A stretch of DNA of 60,302 bases, filler included, from Rhizaria sp. SCN 62-66 (Eukaryota): the NCBI GenBank assembly GCA_001724265.1. It is 5 parts of 5 records of this genome, joined end to end, with 100 filler letters (N's around TTAATTAATTAA, not from the genome) between each part and the next. Parts side by side here need not be neighbours in the genome. Positions count along the whole stretch, not along the records: positions 40,917 to 51,238 come from MEDY01000668.1; positions 51,339 to 60,302 come from MEDY01000669.1; 3 more parts are not named here. One strand, 5' to 3'. This document shows, piece after piece, positions 41,543 to 54,300 of this stretch. Each line of letters begins with the position of its first letter. Position 1 is the first letter of the stretch. The position numbers were made by a program, and so were the translations under genes. Under the pieces are notes generated by a model. It did no database searches. It had not been told where the DNA came from and saw nothing but the letters and a program-made list of their open reading frames with translations.

Positions 41543-44500
41543 TTAGATCCTGCGGATGGCGTCCCTCTCGGCGCGCGCCTCGCGCCGCAGGTCCCTGGCC
41601 GCCTTGCGCTCGAGCTGCTCCGCGGTGAGCGTGTGCGCGGGCGCGTCCAGCGCCTCGTCGTAGTCGTCGTCTTGCCTATCATCCTCGTCATCATCGTCGT
41701 CATCATCGTCATCGTCGTCGTCGTCGTCGTTACCGCCGCTCTGCCCCGTGCTCTGCCCCTTGCTCTGCGCCTGCGCGTGCGCGGCCCCGGTGCTCATGGC
41801 GGCGACCGAGGCGGCGAGCCCGGCCCGCTCCGCGCCCGTGAGTGCGGCACTCGCGACGCCGACCGAGGACGCCGTGGCGGCGGCGGTGAGACGGCGCAGG
41901 TCGGCCAGCATCGACGCCAGGTCGCTCAGGCCCGACGCGCTCACGCCGCTGCCGCCAGAACTGCCACTGGAAGCAGCCGCAGCCCCAGCCGTAGCCCCAG
42001 TCACGATCGCAGTCGAAGCAGCGGGCTTCGGAGCGGCGGCAGCAGGAGTCACCGCGGCGGTGTTGGGGCGGGAGTCGGTGAGAGAGCTGACGCTAGCAAC
42101 AGGGGGCGCGGGGCAGCGGCCGGCGCATGCGGCGATGACGGCCGCGAGCGCTGTACTGGCTGAAATTACGAAAAGCGGCCGGCCCGCACTCACGACACCA
42201 GCGTGACCGTGACTGTGAGCTGCGCTGTGCCCGTGGCTATGGCTGTGGGCGGAAGGGGGGGCGCACACCGCGACGGCGGCGTCGCCCGCGACAGCGCAGC
42301 GCGCGAGCCACGCCACCGCGTCGCACAGACTGAGGCCCGCAGGCGGAGGTACCACGGAGCCAGAGGCAGACGCCGAGTCGGAGTCCGAAGTGGAAGTATC
42401 AACGGGCAGGGTGATGGTTGCCATCCAGTTCAGCCCCCACACATCGCTGCTCTCAGAAGAAGCAGTATGCGCCGTCGCAGCCGCCGCGGTGGTCGTGCTC
42501 TGCATGAGCGCGGCGGCGGGCCGCAGCAGGAATCCCGTGATATGCGCCGCGTGCGCCTCGGCCTCAGCCAGCGCAACCGCGTCCACGGCGGCCGCGGCGT
42601 CGACAGCCGCGAACGACGCCGCCGCCGTCGCCGCGGGCGTGCGCGCGCGCGCGGCGGCGGCGGCGGCGGCGGCGACCGCTGCGGCGGCCTTGGCCTTGGC
42701 GCGGGCGAGCGCGGGCGCCGGCGCGGGGGGCGCCAGCGCCGCGAGCGCCTGCAGCGGCCCCACCGTCGCGACAGTGTCCCCGCTCGCGGCATCGACAAGG
42801 CACAGCAGCGGCGCGGCCTCGCTCCCGCTGGCGCTGCCGCCGCCGCTGTTGGGCGTGGAGAGCGCGACAAGCGCCTCGAGGACGGTAAGTAGCGGCAGCG
42901 CGGCGGGCTGCGCAGGCGCGGGCGCAGGGGCCAGTGGGAAGAGCGGCACGGTCGCGGCCGCGGCGGCGGGGGACGCGGCCGCCACCGCGGGGTCGGGCTG
43001 CGCGGTGAGCGCCGCGAGCGCGGGCGCCTGGGCCAAAGGGAACGCGGACAGCGCGGCGGCGGCGGCGGCGAGCGAAGCGGGGGGCAAGGACGCGGCGGCC
43101 ACAGCGCGCGCCACGGACGCGGCCGCGGTCGCGCATTCGTTCCTCACGCTCGCACTGGTAGTGGTATTAGCAGTGAACGAGAGCGAAAGCGCGGTGGCCA
43201 GTCCGGAGAGTAGCGCGGGCGCGTCATACGCCTGCGCGGGCACAGCTGCGCTTGCACTCGCGCCGGCCGTGGCGGGGACCGCGGGCGTGACAACTGCGGG
43301 CGCGCCGGCGAGCAGCGCGCAGGCGGCCTCGAGCAGGTCTTCCGCGGGGGCCCCGGGTAGCAGCGGCAGCCGCGGCGCGCCGGCGGCCGCCCCCACCACC
43401 GCCGCACTCGCGGCCGCAGCCTCCGCAGACTCGGCCCCGGCGCCCGCGCTCGAGCTGGCGCTGGCGCCCGCGCTGGGGGGCAAGAGCAGGGATGGGTCGG
43501 CGCGCGTCTGCAGCTGCGCGGCGAGTCCGGGCCGGATGAGCGGCAGCGCGGCGCGCAGCGGCAGTCGCAGCGCACGCGCGAGCCCCGCGGCCAGCGCGGC
43601 GGCCTGCGCGGCCGGCAGCACGGCGGCGCCCGCGGCGGGCAGCGGCGTCGCAAACGCGCTGGGGATCGCGGACGGCACCGCGCTTGCGCTGGCGTTGTCA
43701 GCGGCGGCGCCAGCGCTCTCGGAAGCACCGCGACCGTGGCCGTGGCTATTGCTGGCGGCGGCGCGCTTGAGAGCGCGCGCGCGGGCCAGATGCTGGGCGT
43801 AGGCAAACAGCTCGTCCGCGGTCGCGTCGGGCCCCGGCGCCGGCACTGACGCTGTCGACCGCAAGTTGGCACCGCCGACATTGCTGCTGTTGCTGATGTT
43901 GTTACTGATATCGTCGTCTTGAGGGCCACCAGTCGCGCTGGCCTCCGCGGCGGCGGCGATGGCGGCGGCGGCGGCGGCGCAGTGGCGCGCGGCAACGCGC
44001 ACGTGCACGGGCACGGCTGCGAGCAGCAGCGCGGCGAGGTCGAGCGCGCCGAGCAGCGCCAGAGGGGTCCCGCGCAGCGTGACGAGCGCCCAGGGCCGCG
44101 CGGCGCGGCGCGCGTGCCGGTGCAGCGCTGCCAGCGCCGATGACACCGTCGGCGCGGCCGCGGTCGCCGCCATGGCCTTCTCTGCCGCGGCAGAGGCGGG
44201 CCGTGAGGCACCGCTGGCGCCGATGCTGTAGGCGGGCTCGAGCTCGATGGCGACAACGTCGCGCAGCGCGGGCACGACCGACGCCGTGGCGAGCGCGCGC
44301 AGCACGGCGACGCCGGGCGCAACCGCGGCGGCGGGAACGGCAGCGGCCGATGGCGCGGGCGCGACGGCGGCGAGCGGCACGGGCGTGAGCAGCTTGTTGC
44401 GCAGCGGGAGCGCGTCCCAGTCACCGCGGCAACGCACGGGGGCCACACCCGTCGCCGACGCGAGCCCGGCAGCCGAGGCAGACGGGGAGCGCGCGCGGGC

Positions 44501-45118
44501 GGCCGGGGCGCGCGCGGAGGCGGCGCTCGCCGCGGCGGGGCGCGGGCCAAGCGCGGGGGCCGTGGAGGTGGCGAGCGCGGCTGAGGAGAGCGACGACAAG
44601 GACGACATCATCGAGTCACCGCCTGCGTCGCCCGCCGCGGGGCCCAGTAAGGCCGCCGAAGGGGGTGCGGACCAAGGACCCTCGGTGCCGCGTTCCAGCT
44701 CGGCCATTTCCGCCGCGGAGAGGCGCGGGGGCGCGGAGGCGAGGGCGGCAGCGGCGCCAGAACTGGGGGGACGCGATTGTTGCGACTGTGGCTGGGACGG
44801 GATATGGGAAGAGGTGGGGCGCGAGGCGGAGTAGGAAGAGCCGCTCTGCAGGCGCTCAAGCGCACTGGCGCTGGCGCCCGAAAGCGCAGGGTTGCCGGAA
44901 GACATTGCGTCGTCAGCTGTGGATCTCGCGAAGAAGCGAGTGGAAGCGAGTGACTTGGACGTGGGTCGAACGAGAGGCTGCTGTTCAAATGGCAAAAGGG
45001 ATATTAAGGGAAAGAACGGCAAATTAGTCAAGTGTTCAAATATGTCAATTGAGACTACTCCGCTTTAATATTAAATCTCAATTCAAACCTTGTCTTGACA
45101 GACGCAGAGCGGAGACAT
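41543..45118 (-). CDS. Ala-rich protein with probable degenerate CBS repeats and an acidic tail; exons 45118-45089 and 44980-41543 (alternative start ATG 44905)
   Basis: Long ORF ending in TAA. A 10-codon upstream exon (MSPLCVCQDK) splices in frame via GT..AG. CBS-like segments: TVSSALAAL...WALVTLRGTPLALLGALDLAALL, LLTVLEALVAL...LLCLVDAASGDTVATVGPLQAL, LSLCDAVAWL...AVAVC...GRPLFVISASTALAAVI. CDS solid; domain call tentative. Confidence 0.6.
44981..45088 (-). other. Probable intron (108 nt) with tandem CAGCAG acceptor
   Basis: AAG|GTTTGA donor, AT-rich body, GACTAAT branch-like site, pyrimidine tract, ACAG|CAG acceptor. Confidence 0.7.
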
Positions 45119-46030
45119 CAATGCTTTTCGACTCGAGGTAGTTTGATCTTCAACGGATCGCTATGCACCGAGAAATTAACTAAATGCAAGTGTGATCTGT
45201 GTCAGAACTATGTTTTCGGTTGATATACTATTTCTTCAAACGTGACTTTATGTGGTTTCTCTATTATATCCAAATTTGGTGCTTTTAATCGAATGTTTAA
45301 GCATGGATATGCGTGTTCTTGATGAAACGGCTCTGTACAACAACGGTCGTCTTCGAGTCAAACCAGCAGTCATACAGCTCAGATGCAATAGATCGCCTGA
45401 CAAGCGTGACGTATCCTTAAGGCTACATTATGCCGTGAATGCGTCATGTGTGAATGACCATAGCTAGCTCAATATCTGCTACTTAGAACCTCGTATGGCA
45501 CTTCAAGTTGCATCTCATGATCTTAGCAAGAAGATATCGACAGGAAGACCTTGGGAAAAGTTAATAATATTGAGCAAAAGCACGGTTTAATAGGCGAGCT
45601 GCTGTTATCTGCTGTGTATTGAGTGACACAAGCTCGTATGAATGAGATATCGTTGATAATGTGCATATTTAGACCGCTTCCAAAAACATCTTACGAGATA
45701 TCTTGGAAAAAAAGGCACGCCTTCGGAATCAAAAATAGTTTTACACTACATAGTAGCGTTCAACTAATATGACAGTTTATGTATCCAAAATGTTAAACAA
45801 TCTCGTGACTATAGCGCACAATCTGTTATTCGTGGAGGGGGGTTGACAAGGACTTTCCACCAAATTTGAAACGCATTATTGCGTCGTGACCGCACAGTGA
45901 AATAGACTAACAGGAAAAGAAACCTTACTAAGCGCTTTTAAAATATATCTTTACAAGGTTATCATTTACTTTTGAGCAGAATTGACTGATAAAAATGCGA
46001 TTTAGAGAACGAGCGGACCATTTGTGGTTG

Positions 46031-46094
46031 TGACGTGGGGGGCTGGACCACAGCCTGACGTAGTAGCGGCGGTCGATTCCGTGCGTGGTGACGT
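46031..46094. promoter_or_regulatory. Cluster of three TGACGT (CRE/ATF-like) elements in the divergent promoter, about 190-250 nt upstream of the LCB1 ATG
   Basis: TGACGT at 46031, 46056 and 46089. Function is inferred only. Confidence 0.4.
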
Positions 46095-46277
46095 ACGACT
46101 GGCGGAACAGTGAGTTTGAACTGTTAGCGAGCTCCGAGTGGCTTTGCGAAGCAGAAAAGTTACCTCGTGGTACTAAGTTAGCTTTAACTTGGTGTGTGCG
46201 TTTTTAGTGACGCTCCTCGACGTGGTTTATTCCTACTAAACGCGTCTCTGCAAATCTCTCAGTCGAACCCAGCAACC

Positions 46278-48082
46278 ATGTCTTCGCTGCTCAACCTCTC
46301 GCCGCGCGCGCTGATCGACTCGGCGTACGAATTCGGCCTGCGTGAGCCCGCACACCTGGCCATCGAGGTCATTTGCCTTGCTCTTATCGTCTATCTCGTC
46401 TTTTCGAAGCAGTACAAGCCCAATGAGGGCAAGCCGCTCTCCCGCAAGGTCCGTTAACCCTCCGCGTCCTGCAACTTCCGCGTTCGAATTCCTGCGTTAC
46501 AACACCATGAAACTCGTGCATATGATATCTATTCCACAACATCTGTCTTGTTTATTTCTTCTCACTTCATTCATTTTTCTCCGACACGCATTTTTCATCA
46601 TGCATTTCACCTTCCCGTCTCACTCCAACACCGACTGTCATTTGATTTGCATTGCAACCACGTGCAACCACGCACCCCACATCCCCATGCATCTATTTGC
46701 TCTTACTTCTGCATTCCACCACACAAACACGCTTCATATACTCGAATCTCGTGTGTGCTTAGGAGGAGGACGCGATCATTGCTGACTGGACCCCCGAGCC
46801 CCTGGTCCCTGCCACTTTCCCCAACAGCGCTGACGAGAAGCCCTTCATCGTCGTCGAATCTGCTTGTGGTGCCGTCGTGACCTCCCAGGGCACCGAGTAC
46901 GCCAACTTTTCCTCCCAGAACTTCCTCGGCCTGGCGGACCGCCGCGAGATCAAGGACGGCTGCCGCGCCACGATCGAGAAGTATGGCGTCGGCTCCTGCG
47001 GCCCCCGCGGCTTCTACGGCACCATCGACGTCCACGTGCAGCTGGAGAAGACGTACGCCAACCTGCTCGGCACCGAGGACTCGATCCTCTACTCCGACGG
47101 GCTCGCCTGCATGTCGTCTGTGATCCCGGCCTTCGCCAAGACGGGCGACATCATCGTCGCCGACGAGCACGTCAACCACGGCATCCAGAACGGCCTCAAG
47201 CTCTCGCGCTCGCGCGTCTGCTTCTACAAGCACAACGACCTGGCCGAGCTGGAGAAGCTGCTGGCTGAGATCGCGGACAAGGCTGCGCGCCACAGCAAGG
47301 GCAAGCCCGAGGTGCACCGCCGCTTCGTCGTCGTCGAGGGCATCTACCAGTACACCGGCACCGTCTGCAACCTCAAGAAGGTCGTCGAGCTCGCCAAGAA
47401 GTACCGCTTCCGTGTCATCCTCGACGACACCGCGTCGCTGGGCGTGCTGGGCGCCACCGGCCGCGGCGCCTGCGAGCACTGGGGCGTCAAGATTGACTCC
47501 GATGTCGCCATCGTTTGCGCTTCGCTCGACTCAGCAGTCGCCTCCGTCGGCGGGATCTGCACCGGCTCCAAGCAGGTTGTCGCGCACCAGCGCCTCTCTG
47601 GCTCGGGCTACTGCTTCTCCGCGGCCTCGCCGCCCTACACGGCCAAGGCCGGGACGATCTCGCTCGGCCTCATCGCCGCCAACCCTGAACTGCCGGCCCT
47701 GCTCCGCGCGCGCGCCGCCTTCTTCCTCTCCACGGTCAAGACCGCGCTCGCCGGGCTCCCGCTCACCGTCACCGGCGCGCCCGAGTCGCCGATCCTGCAC
47801 GTGCGCCTCGCAGGCGCGGGCTGGGCCGCGGCGACCACGGCAGAGGCCACCGCCGTGCTGCGCCGCGCGTCTGCGGCGCTGCGCGACGAGCACCAGCTGC
47901 TGGCGACGACGACGACGTACCTGCCGTCGGAGACGCTGTGCCCGCCGCCCTCGGTGCGCCTCTGCGTGACCGCGCAACACGCCGAGGAGGACTTGCAGAC
48001 GGCCGCCAAGGCGCTGCAGACCGTCTTCGCCAAGCTCTACGCGGAGCTCGCCGACACCGACGCCGCCGTCGCCACTGCGTAA
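46278..48082 (+). CDS. LCB1: Serine palmitoyltransferase subunit 1; exons 46278-46448 and 46763-48082, 496 aa
   Basis: N-terminal TM helix HLAIEVICLALIVYLVFSK; the spliced junction gives PLSRK|EEDAIIADWTPEPLVP. Motifs NFSSQNFLGL, KYGVGSCGPRGFYGTIDVH, FYKHND and HQRLSGSGYCFSAASPP. ASLDSAVASVGG lacks the PLP-binding Lys, as expected for LCB1/SPTLC1 rather than LCB2. Confidence 0.95.
46449..46762 (+). other. Spliceosomal intron (314 nt, phase 0) of LCB1
   Basis: AAG|GTCCGT...CTTAG|GAG, pyrimidine/AT-rich; restores a conserved LCB1 segment. Confidence 0.92.
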
Positions 48083-48802
48083 GGCAGTCGACGCGAGTGT
48101 CTTTTTATTTCTCTCTATCATTCCAATCATACTTAAAACGAAAACTAAAAACCTCAAGAAACAAAGAAACATGAAAACAATGCGTCAAATTTTTTTCAGT
48201 CCAAATCAGTTTGTAATACATAAAAGTAATAAATATCGCGTCAACAGCGATCTTCACGTGTATAACTGCGATTATACCCCTGCACGCCGCGTGACAGTAA
48301 AGCTAGACGTGAGAGCTCTCTCTAACGGTCACAAGCCGAAACCGGTTGAGAGAACAACTTTGAAGTTCAATACTGACGTGAATGCATCGTTTCAAGAATC
48401 GTAATCAAGCCTTTGCATGGTTTCATGTTTGATTCCATATGTAATTTAAATATTATACGTACTCTAACGGACTCTTGCGTCTCCGGAGCTGAATCGCTCC
48501 ACACTCCTACGATGTTCCCACCGCCTCAACGTTTCATGCGCCACATCTGTACCGACAAGGACTACGTCTACTTTCGACTCATTTCTGTATCCTCACTTAC
48601 TTGATAATTTTACTTCCACACTTTGTCTCCGTCCCTCATAGGATTCTTTTGCTGGAACCGCTCTGGCAGTCGCAATCCCTGTCACGCGCTCTCACTTCCC
48701 ACCGCTCCCTCCTCGCCGGCAGCCCCGCAGCCGCCCGCCGCACCCGCGCCCGCCCGCTCCGCGCCCCCGCGCCGCCGCGCCCGCGTTTGCGCAGTGAGCG
48801 CC

Positions 48803-51238
48803 ATGTCTATGTACACGAGGCGCTCAGTTGACGCCGCCCTGAGCGATGTCTACGACCCGCCCTACCCCAAAAATGATCCCGACGACGTACGTCCGTGTTT
48901 TCCTGGGCACATCTCACTCATGTAACTTTAACGACAATCTGAACACTCACAATAACGTGATTATATGTATTTTGTGCTTTTTATTCAGTTTGGAGCCGAT
49001 ACGCAGGATATCCTGACAATCAACTCCCCGGTCTCCTCGTTCCCTTCGTCGCGCTCTGCCGCCGTCCCAGCTGGCGCCGCTGGCGCTGTTGGCGCCGACA
49101 CCGACGCCGACGCCGTCGCCGCGTACGCCGCAGACAGCCGCGCGGTAGGCGCTCGCATGGACTCGGCGACGGCCGCGCTGGCTTTCGAGCTGCCGCTGGA
49201 GACAAGCCTCGCCGACGCCGCCGCTGCAGCCTCGGCCGCGCCCTCCCCGGTCCGCAGCAACGCGAACCAGATCCACACGGGCGCGGGCGACCCGCTGCTG
49301 CAGCTGCCCGCGGCCTCCGCGCTTGGCAACGGCCATGCGCACCTGTTGCCGCCGACGCCGAGCGCCGCCCGCGGCCACGGCGGCAGCGGCCACGGCCACT
49401 TCGGCGCCCACGGTCACTCGAACCAGATCCCCGCGGCGACACCCACGCGCACGCGCGCCCTTGCCGCGGGCCACGGCTCGCGGCCTTCGCTCACCACCGG
49501 CACCACCGCTGGCTCTGGCTCTGGCTCAGGCTCTGGCGTTGGCGTCGCGGGCGCGGCGTCGCCGTCGGCGCGCGGGCCGAAGTCAAGTCGCCTCAGCGCG
49601 GGCTCCAACGCGGGCCCCGGCGCGGGCGGCCAGCTGTCGCCGCCGCACTCGGCCAGGCACAGCGCCGGCGCCGGCAGCAGCAGCGGGTTCTTCGGCTCCT
49701 CGTCAACGTCATCGTCGTCATCGTCGTCGGCGGCAGTGCTCGCGACTCCTCGCCGCGGCAGCGGCGGCGTCAGCAGCAGCAGCGCAACACCGCGCCCCGG
49801 CAGCGCGCTGCTGTCCCCGTCTTCCTCGTCTGCACGCCACAACGCCGCCAACGCCGGTGCGCCCGCCAGCGCGAGCGCGGACCCCTCGGTGACTGCCTGG
49901 CGCACACAGGGCCTGCTGCGCGCCGCCTCGGCCGCGCCCAGTCTGCCCGCGGCGTCCCCGGGCGCTCACTATGGCGGTGGGGCGCCGGATCTCACGTCAC
50001 CCATGAGCGCCCGCCGCAGCAGCGCCGGCCACAGCCACTCCCAGGCTCAGGCCCAGGCCCACAGTCTCGGTCAAGCTCACGGTCTCACGGGGGGGATGAG
50101 TGCGCTGGACGCCGGCATCGCGGCAGCGGGCGCTCTGTCGCTCCCGGGCTCCGCGGCCACCGGCGCCGCCCTGACCGACACGCCCCTGCAGGCGTTGCTG
50201 CCCGGCGAGGCGGGCGGCCTGGTCACGGCCTCCGCGGCCGCCGTGGAGTCGCTGGTCCACGCGAACCGGAAGCTGGAGGCGATGCTGCGTGTGCGCGCGC
50301 GCGAGCTGGCTGAGTCACAGCGCGAGGCGCAGCGCCGCGCAGACCGCGTTGCCGAGCTGGAGCGCGCGCTGGCCGCAGCGGCCCGCGACGCCGCCGCCAA
50401 CAGCGGCTACGGCGGCGCCGCGGGCGGGCGCGGGCGCGGCGGCGCGACGATCAGGTTCAACCTGCCAGACGACGAGGACGCCGCGGCCGCGTCCGCCGCC
50501 GCCGCCGCGCACGAGCTGGCTGCGGCCCGCGATCGTGAGCAGTGGGCGCGCGAGCGCACCGAGCTCTCGGAGGCGCTCGCGCGGGCACAGGACGAGGCGG
50601 CAGCGCTGTCGGCGCAGGCGCAGGCGGCCGAGGCGCGCGCCGCGCACGCCGAGGTCTCGCTGGCGTCGGCGCACGAGGCGCTGCGCGAGAGCCAGGGCGA
50701 ACTAGAGCGGCTCGCCGAGGCCAACCGCGCGCTGCGGGCGACGCTGCCCACGGCGGCCGCGACGGCCGACGCGCTGCAGCGGCTGCAGCGAGCGCAGCAG
50801 GCGCTGGCGCAGGAGGGCCGGCAGCGCCGCCGCGCCGAGCGCGTGCTGAGCGCCATGGAGCGCACCACGGTCGAGCAGCTGGAGCGGCGCGCACGTGAGG
50901 CCCGGGCCGCCGCGGACCGCGCGCGCGCCGCTGCGGACCGCGCGCGCGACGAAGGCGACGCGGACACGCTGCGCGCGGCCGCTGCTGCCGCCGCGAACGA
51001 CTCCGACGCCGCCGCGGGCAGCGTCGGCGCTGCCGAGTCGCCCGCCGCGGCCGCTGCTGCGGCGGCGAGCGAGGAGGCGGCTGCGCTGGATGAAGCCACA
51101 CAGCGGCTGCGCGACATTGCCGCCGTGCTGGCCGAGCAGCGCGCTGCCGCCGAGGCCGCGCGCAGCGCCGAGCTGGCTGACGCCGTGGCTCAGGACCGCG
51201 CCGAGGCCGAGCGGCGCGCCAGCGAGGCCGTCTCCGCC
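48803..51238 (+). CDS. Hypothetical protein: Ser/Gly/Ala-rich N-terminal region followed by a coiled coil; exons 48803-48886 and 48989->51238, 3' truncated
   Basis: ATG 48803 (MSMYTRRS...NDPDD) splices in frame to FGADTQDIL. Heptad-rich segment from LVHANRKLEAMLRVRARELAESQ to the contig end. A further upstream exon (candidate acceptor near 48641) cannot be excluded. Confidence 0.75.
48887..48988 (+). other. Spliceosomal intron (102 nt, phase 0)
   Basis: GAC|GTACGT donor (same hexamer as intron 1899), AT-rich body, TTTTATTCAG| acceptor, frame preserved. Confidence 0.8.
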
Positions 51239-51338
51239 NNNNNNNNNNNNNNNNNNNNNNNNNNNNNNNNNNNNNNNNNNNNTTAATTAATTAANNNNNN
51301 NNNNNNNNNNNNNNNNNNNNNNNNNNNNNNNNNNNNNN
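51239..51338. other. Artificial contig linker N44-TTAATTAATTAA-N44
   Basis: Same 100-nt linker. Confidence 0.99.
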
Positions 51339-54300
51339 GGCGGCGCCGCCACCGCCACGGCCTCCGCCGCCGCCGCGGGCGCCGCCGCCGCCGCGGCCGC
51401 CCCCGCGACGGCGTCCGCGCTTCCGGGCGGCTCCGGCTCCGGCGGTGCCGCGTCGGGCGGTGGCACTCCCAGCGTCCACGGCGACCCGTACGTCGCGTCG
51501 CGCGCGGCCGCGCTGGGCTCGCGCGTGGTCTTCGCGCTGGCCGAGATCGAGCGGCGCGTGGCCACTGCGGTCGGCAAGGCGTCCGAGTTTGCGCTCGCCG
51601 ACGCGGCGCGCGTGAACCGCGAAGTGTTCCGCCGCATGGTCACGGCCATGGCGCGGCTGCGGCACGTCGTGCAGGGCCCCGCGACCGCGCAAGCGCTCGC
51701 CGGGCTGCCCGGGTCGGGCTCCACCGGCGGCAGCTGCGGCGCCGCGTCGTGCCCCACGTGCACGCGCGCGCTGCTCACGCCCAGCTGCACCAGCGCCGGC
51801 ATCAACGTCACCAACAGCAACAGTAGCAGTAGTGGCGGCAACGGCAGCGGCAACAGCGCGGGCTCCGAGCTGACGCCGCCGTCCGCGGCCGCCGCGGCGA
51901 TCGCGGCCGCGACGACGACGGTGGTCGGCAACACGGGGCTCGTCATGTGCAGCAGCGACGACGCCGTGCAGTCGTGCTTCTCGCTGCCGACGGGCTTCAC
52001 CACAGTCGCCCACGCGTGCCCGACGCCGGACACGTGCGCGTGCCCGTCTGCGCTGCTCACGCGCTGCCCACCGCACGCCACGGTCTCGCTGTACGCGCAG
52101 CCGCCGTCGATCGCCACTACCGAGGCGATTTGCGGCGGCGGCCCGCTCGAGCTGCCCACCTACACGCCCGCGCTCGCCGCAGCCGCGGGCTTCGCAGTCG
52201 GCGGGGGGCTCCAGGCAGGCTCCGCGGGCACCGCCGCCGCGGCCGCGACCGCCGCGGCCGCCGGCGCGGGCGCGATCGGGCACTACGGGCCGACGCTCTT
52301 CGCGCCCGCGCCGGTCCCCGCGACGCCCGTGCCCTCGGGCGCTTTGACCGCCGGCTCCGGCTCCGGGTTGCTGCTGCAGCCGACGCTGCCGCCGCCGCAG
52401 ACGTACCCCTGCGCCGCTCTCGCGGCCGCGGCTGCTGCGGCCTCGGCGCTGGCGCTGCGTTGCGGCAGCCATGGCGGCAGCGGCGGCGCGTTCGGCTTCG
52501 GCTTCTCGCACTCGCCGCCGCAGCCGCACACGCACGTGCTGCTTACGCCGCCACCCGCTGCGCCCCTGCTCCTCAGCAGCGGCCCCGCGGCTGCGGCTGC
52601 CGACGACGTCGCCGTGGGGTCCACCGGCTCGAGCTCCCGCAGTCGCCGCGGCTCACTGGCGACCAACGCCGCCGCCGCCGCCGCCACTGCCGCGAAGGAC
52701 GGCAACGCAAACCTCGCCAACACTGGCGGCCCCGGCGCGCTGGCCAGCCAGTCGTTCACCGCGGGCACATCACTGTCCTCCCTGGTTGACCCCACTGCGG
52801 CCGCCGCCGCCGCCGCCGCGGCCGCCGCAGCCGCCGCGAGCGCCGGCCCGCCCCGGTCGGTCTACTGCGGCGCGCCGCTGGCGCACTCGCTCTTCGCGGG
52901 GCTGGGCCTGCCGCCGTCGGCGTTCGCGTACCCGCCCGAGGCTGTGGCGGACCGCGTGTTCGGCACCGTCGCCGAGCCCGTGATCCGCGGCGACGTGCGC
53001 CGTCATGACCCTTACGCGCATCTGTCGGTGCACGTCATCACCGTTGGCAACGTGCTCACCATCTACCTGCCCAAGCACCGGCGCCGCGTGTCGCGCGTGC
53101 TGTCAGGCCGCAACGCCGTCGTCGACTTCACGCGGCGGCCGCCCACGGTCTCCCCGGCTCCAGAGCTGGTGCGCCAGATGCTGCTCGAGGTCATGGCGCC
53201 GCTGCCCACGTCCGCGCACGTGCCCACCGCCTCCGCGGCCTACGTCGACGGCCGCCGTCGCGCCGCCGCCGCCGCCACCGCGGCCGCGGCCGCGGTTAAG
53301 GCCGGCGGGGTCGCCGCGGCCGCCGCGATCGCCGCCGTCTCCGGCCCCGGCGGCGCGGCTGCTGGGTCTGCCGCCATGGGCGCCGGCGGGGCGGGCGGCG
53401 CAAGCAAGAGCACGCTAGCCTCGCTGTTCGACCCCCCGACCACGCCGCTCGCCGCCACCACCGGCGCGGGCTCCAGGCCGGGCAGCGCGAGCAAAGACGG
53501 CGCCGGCGCCAGTGGCGGCAGTAACCGGACGCCGCCCGGCACGCTCCAGCAGTCGGCGCTCGGCGGCGGCGCCGTCGTCAACGGCGGCTCCGCGGGCGCG
53601 GCCGGCGGCGCCAACAGCGGCGGCAGCGTCGGCAGCGGCAGCGGCAGCAACGACGTCGGCGGTGCTCACGCTCTCGGCAACGGAAGCATGCTCACCACCG
53701 CGGCCGGACTGGTCAACTCGAACAACGGCACCGGTGCGTCGCTGTCAGACTCGACCGTCACCAACGCGCCCGGCTCATCTGCGGCCGGCAATGCGAATGG
53801 TAACGCGGGCGCTGGCGCCAACTCAAGCGCGACAATGGGCGACGGTAACTCTGGTACCGGCAACACCGACGTGCAAAAGTTAGGCCGCATCGCGTTCGCG
53901 TCGATCTCAGCGCCGTCGAGCCAGCGGTTCCCGTTCACTGGCGTCGGCCACAGCGTGTTCGACGACATCTACACCTCTGAGCCCATCGTCGCGCGCGAGC
54001 ACTACCGCCCGCCGGTGCCTGTGTCCACGCCTGTCTCGGTTTCGCTCCACAACTCGGCCACCCATGGCAGCGGCAATGCCGCGAGCGCGGGCTGCATCAG
54101 CACGGCGGCCGACGACGCACTCGCTGCCGCGGCGGGCGCCGCCGTTGCGGGCTCCGCGGCCGTGGTGAGCGTGACCAGCGTCAGCATCCCCGTGGGCTTC
54201 CTGCCCGCGCCCAACCTCGCCGCACTGGTCCGCGCGCCCATCGCCGTCGCGCCGCACCTCAGCCCCGCTGCGGGCTTGGGCGGCGCCGGACAGCAGCAGC

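Noticed and set aside
45678-45708. Small inverted repeat TTCCAA...ATCT-TACG-AGAT...TTGGAA
   Set aside because: Short and imperfect; no support for an ncRNA or other function.
18838-51338. Palindromic TTAATTAATTAA repeated four times between N runs
   Set aside because: Identical 100-nt spacers joining length-sorted contigs. This is an assembly concatenation artefact, so adjacency across them has no biological meaning.
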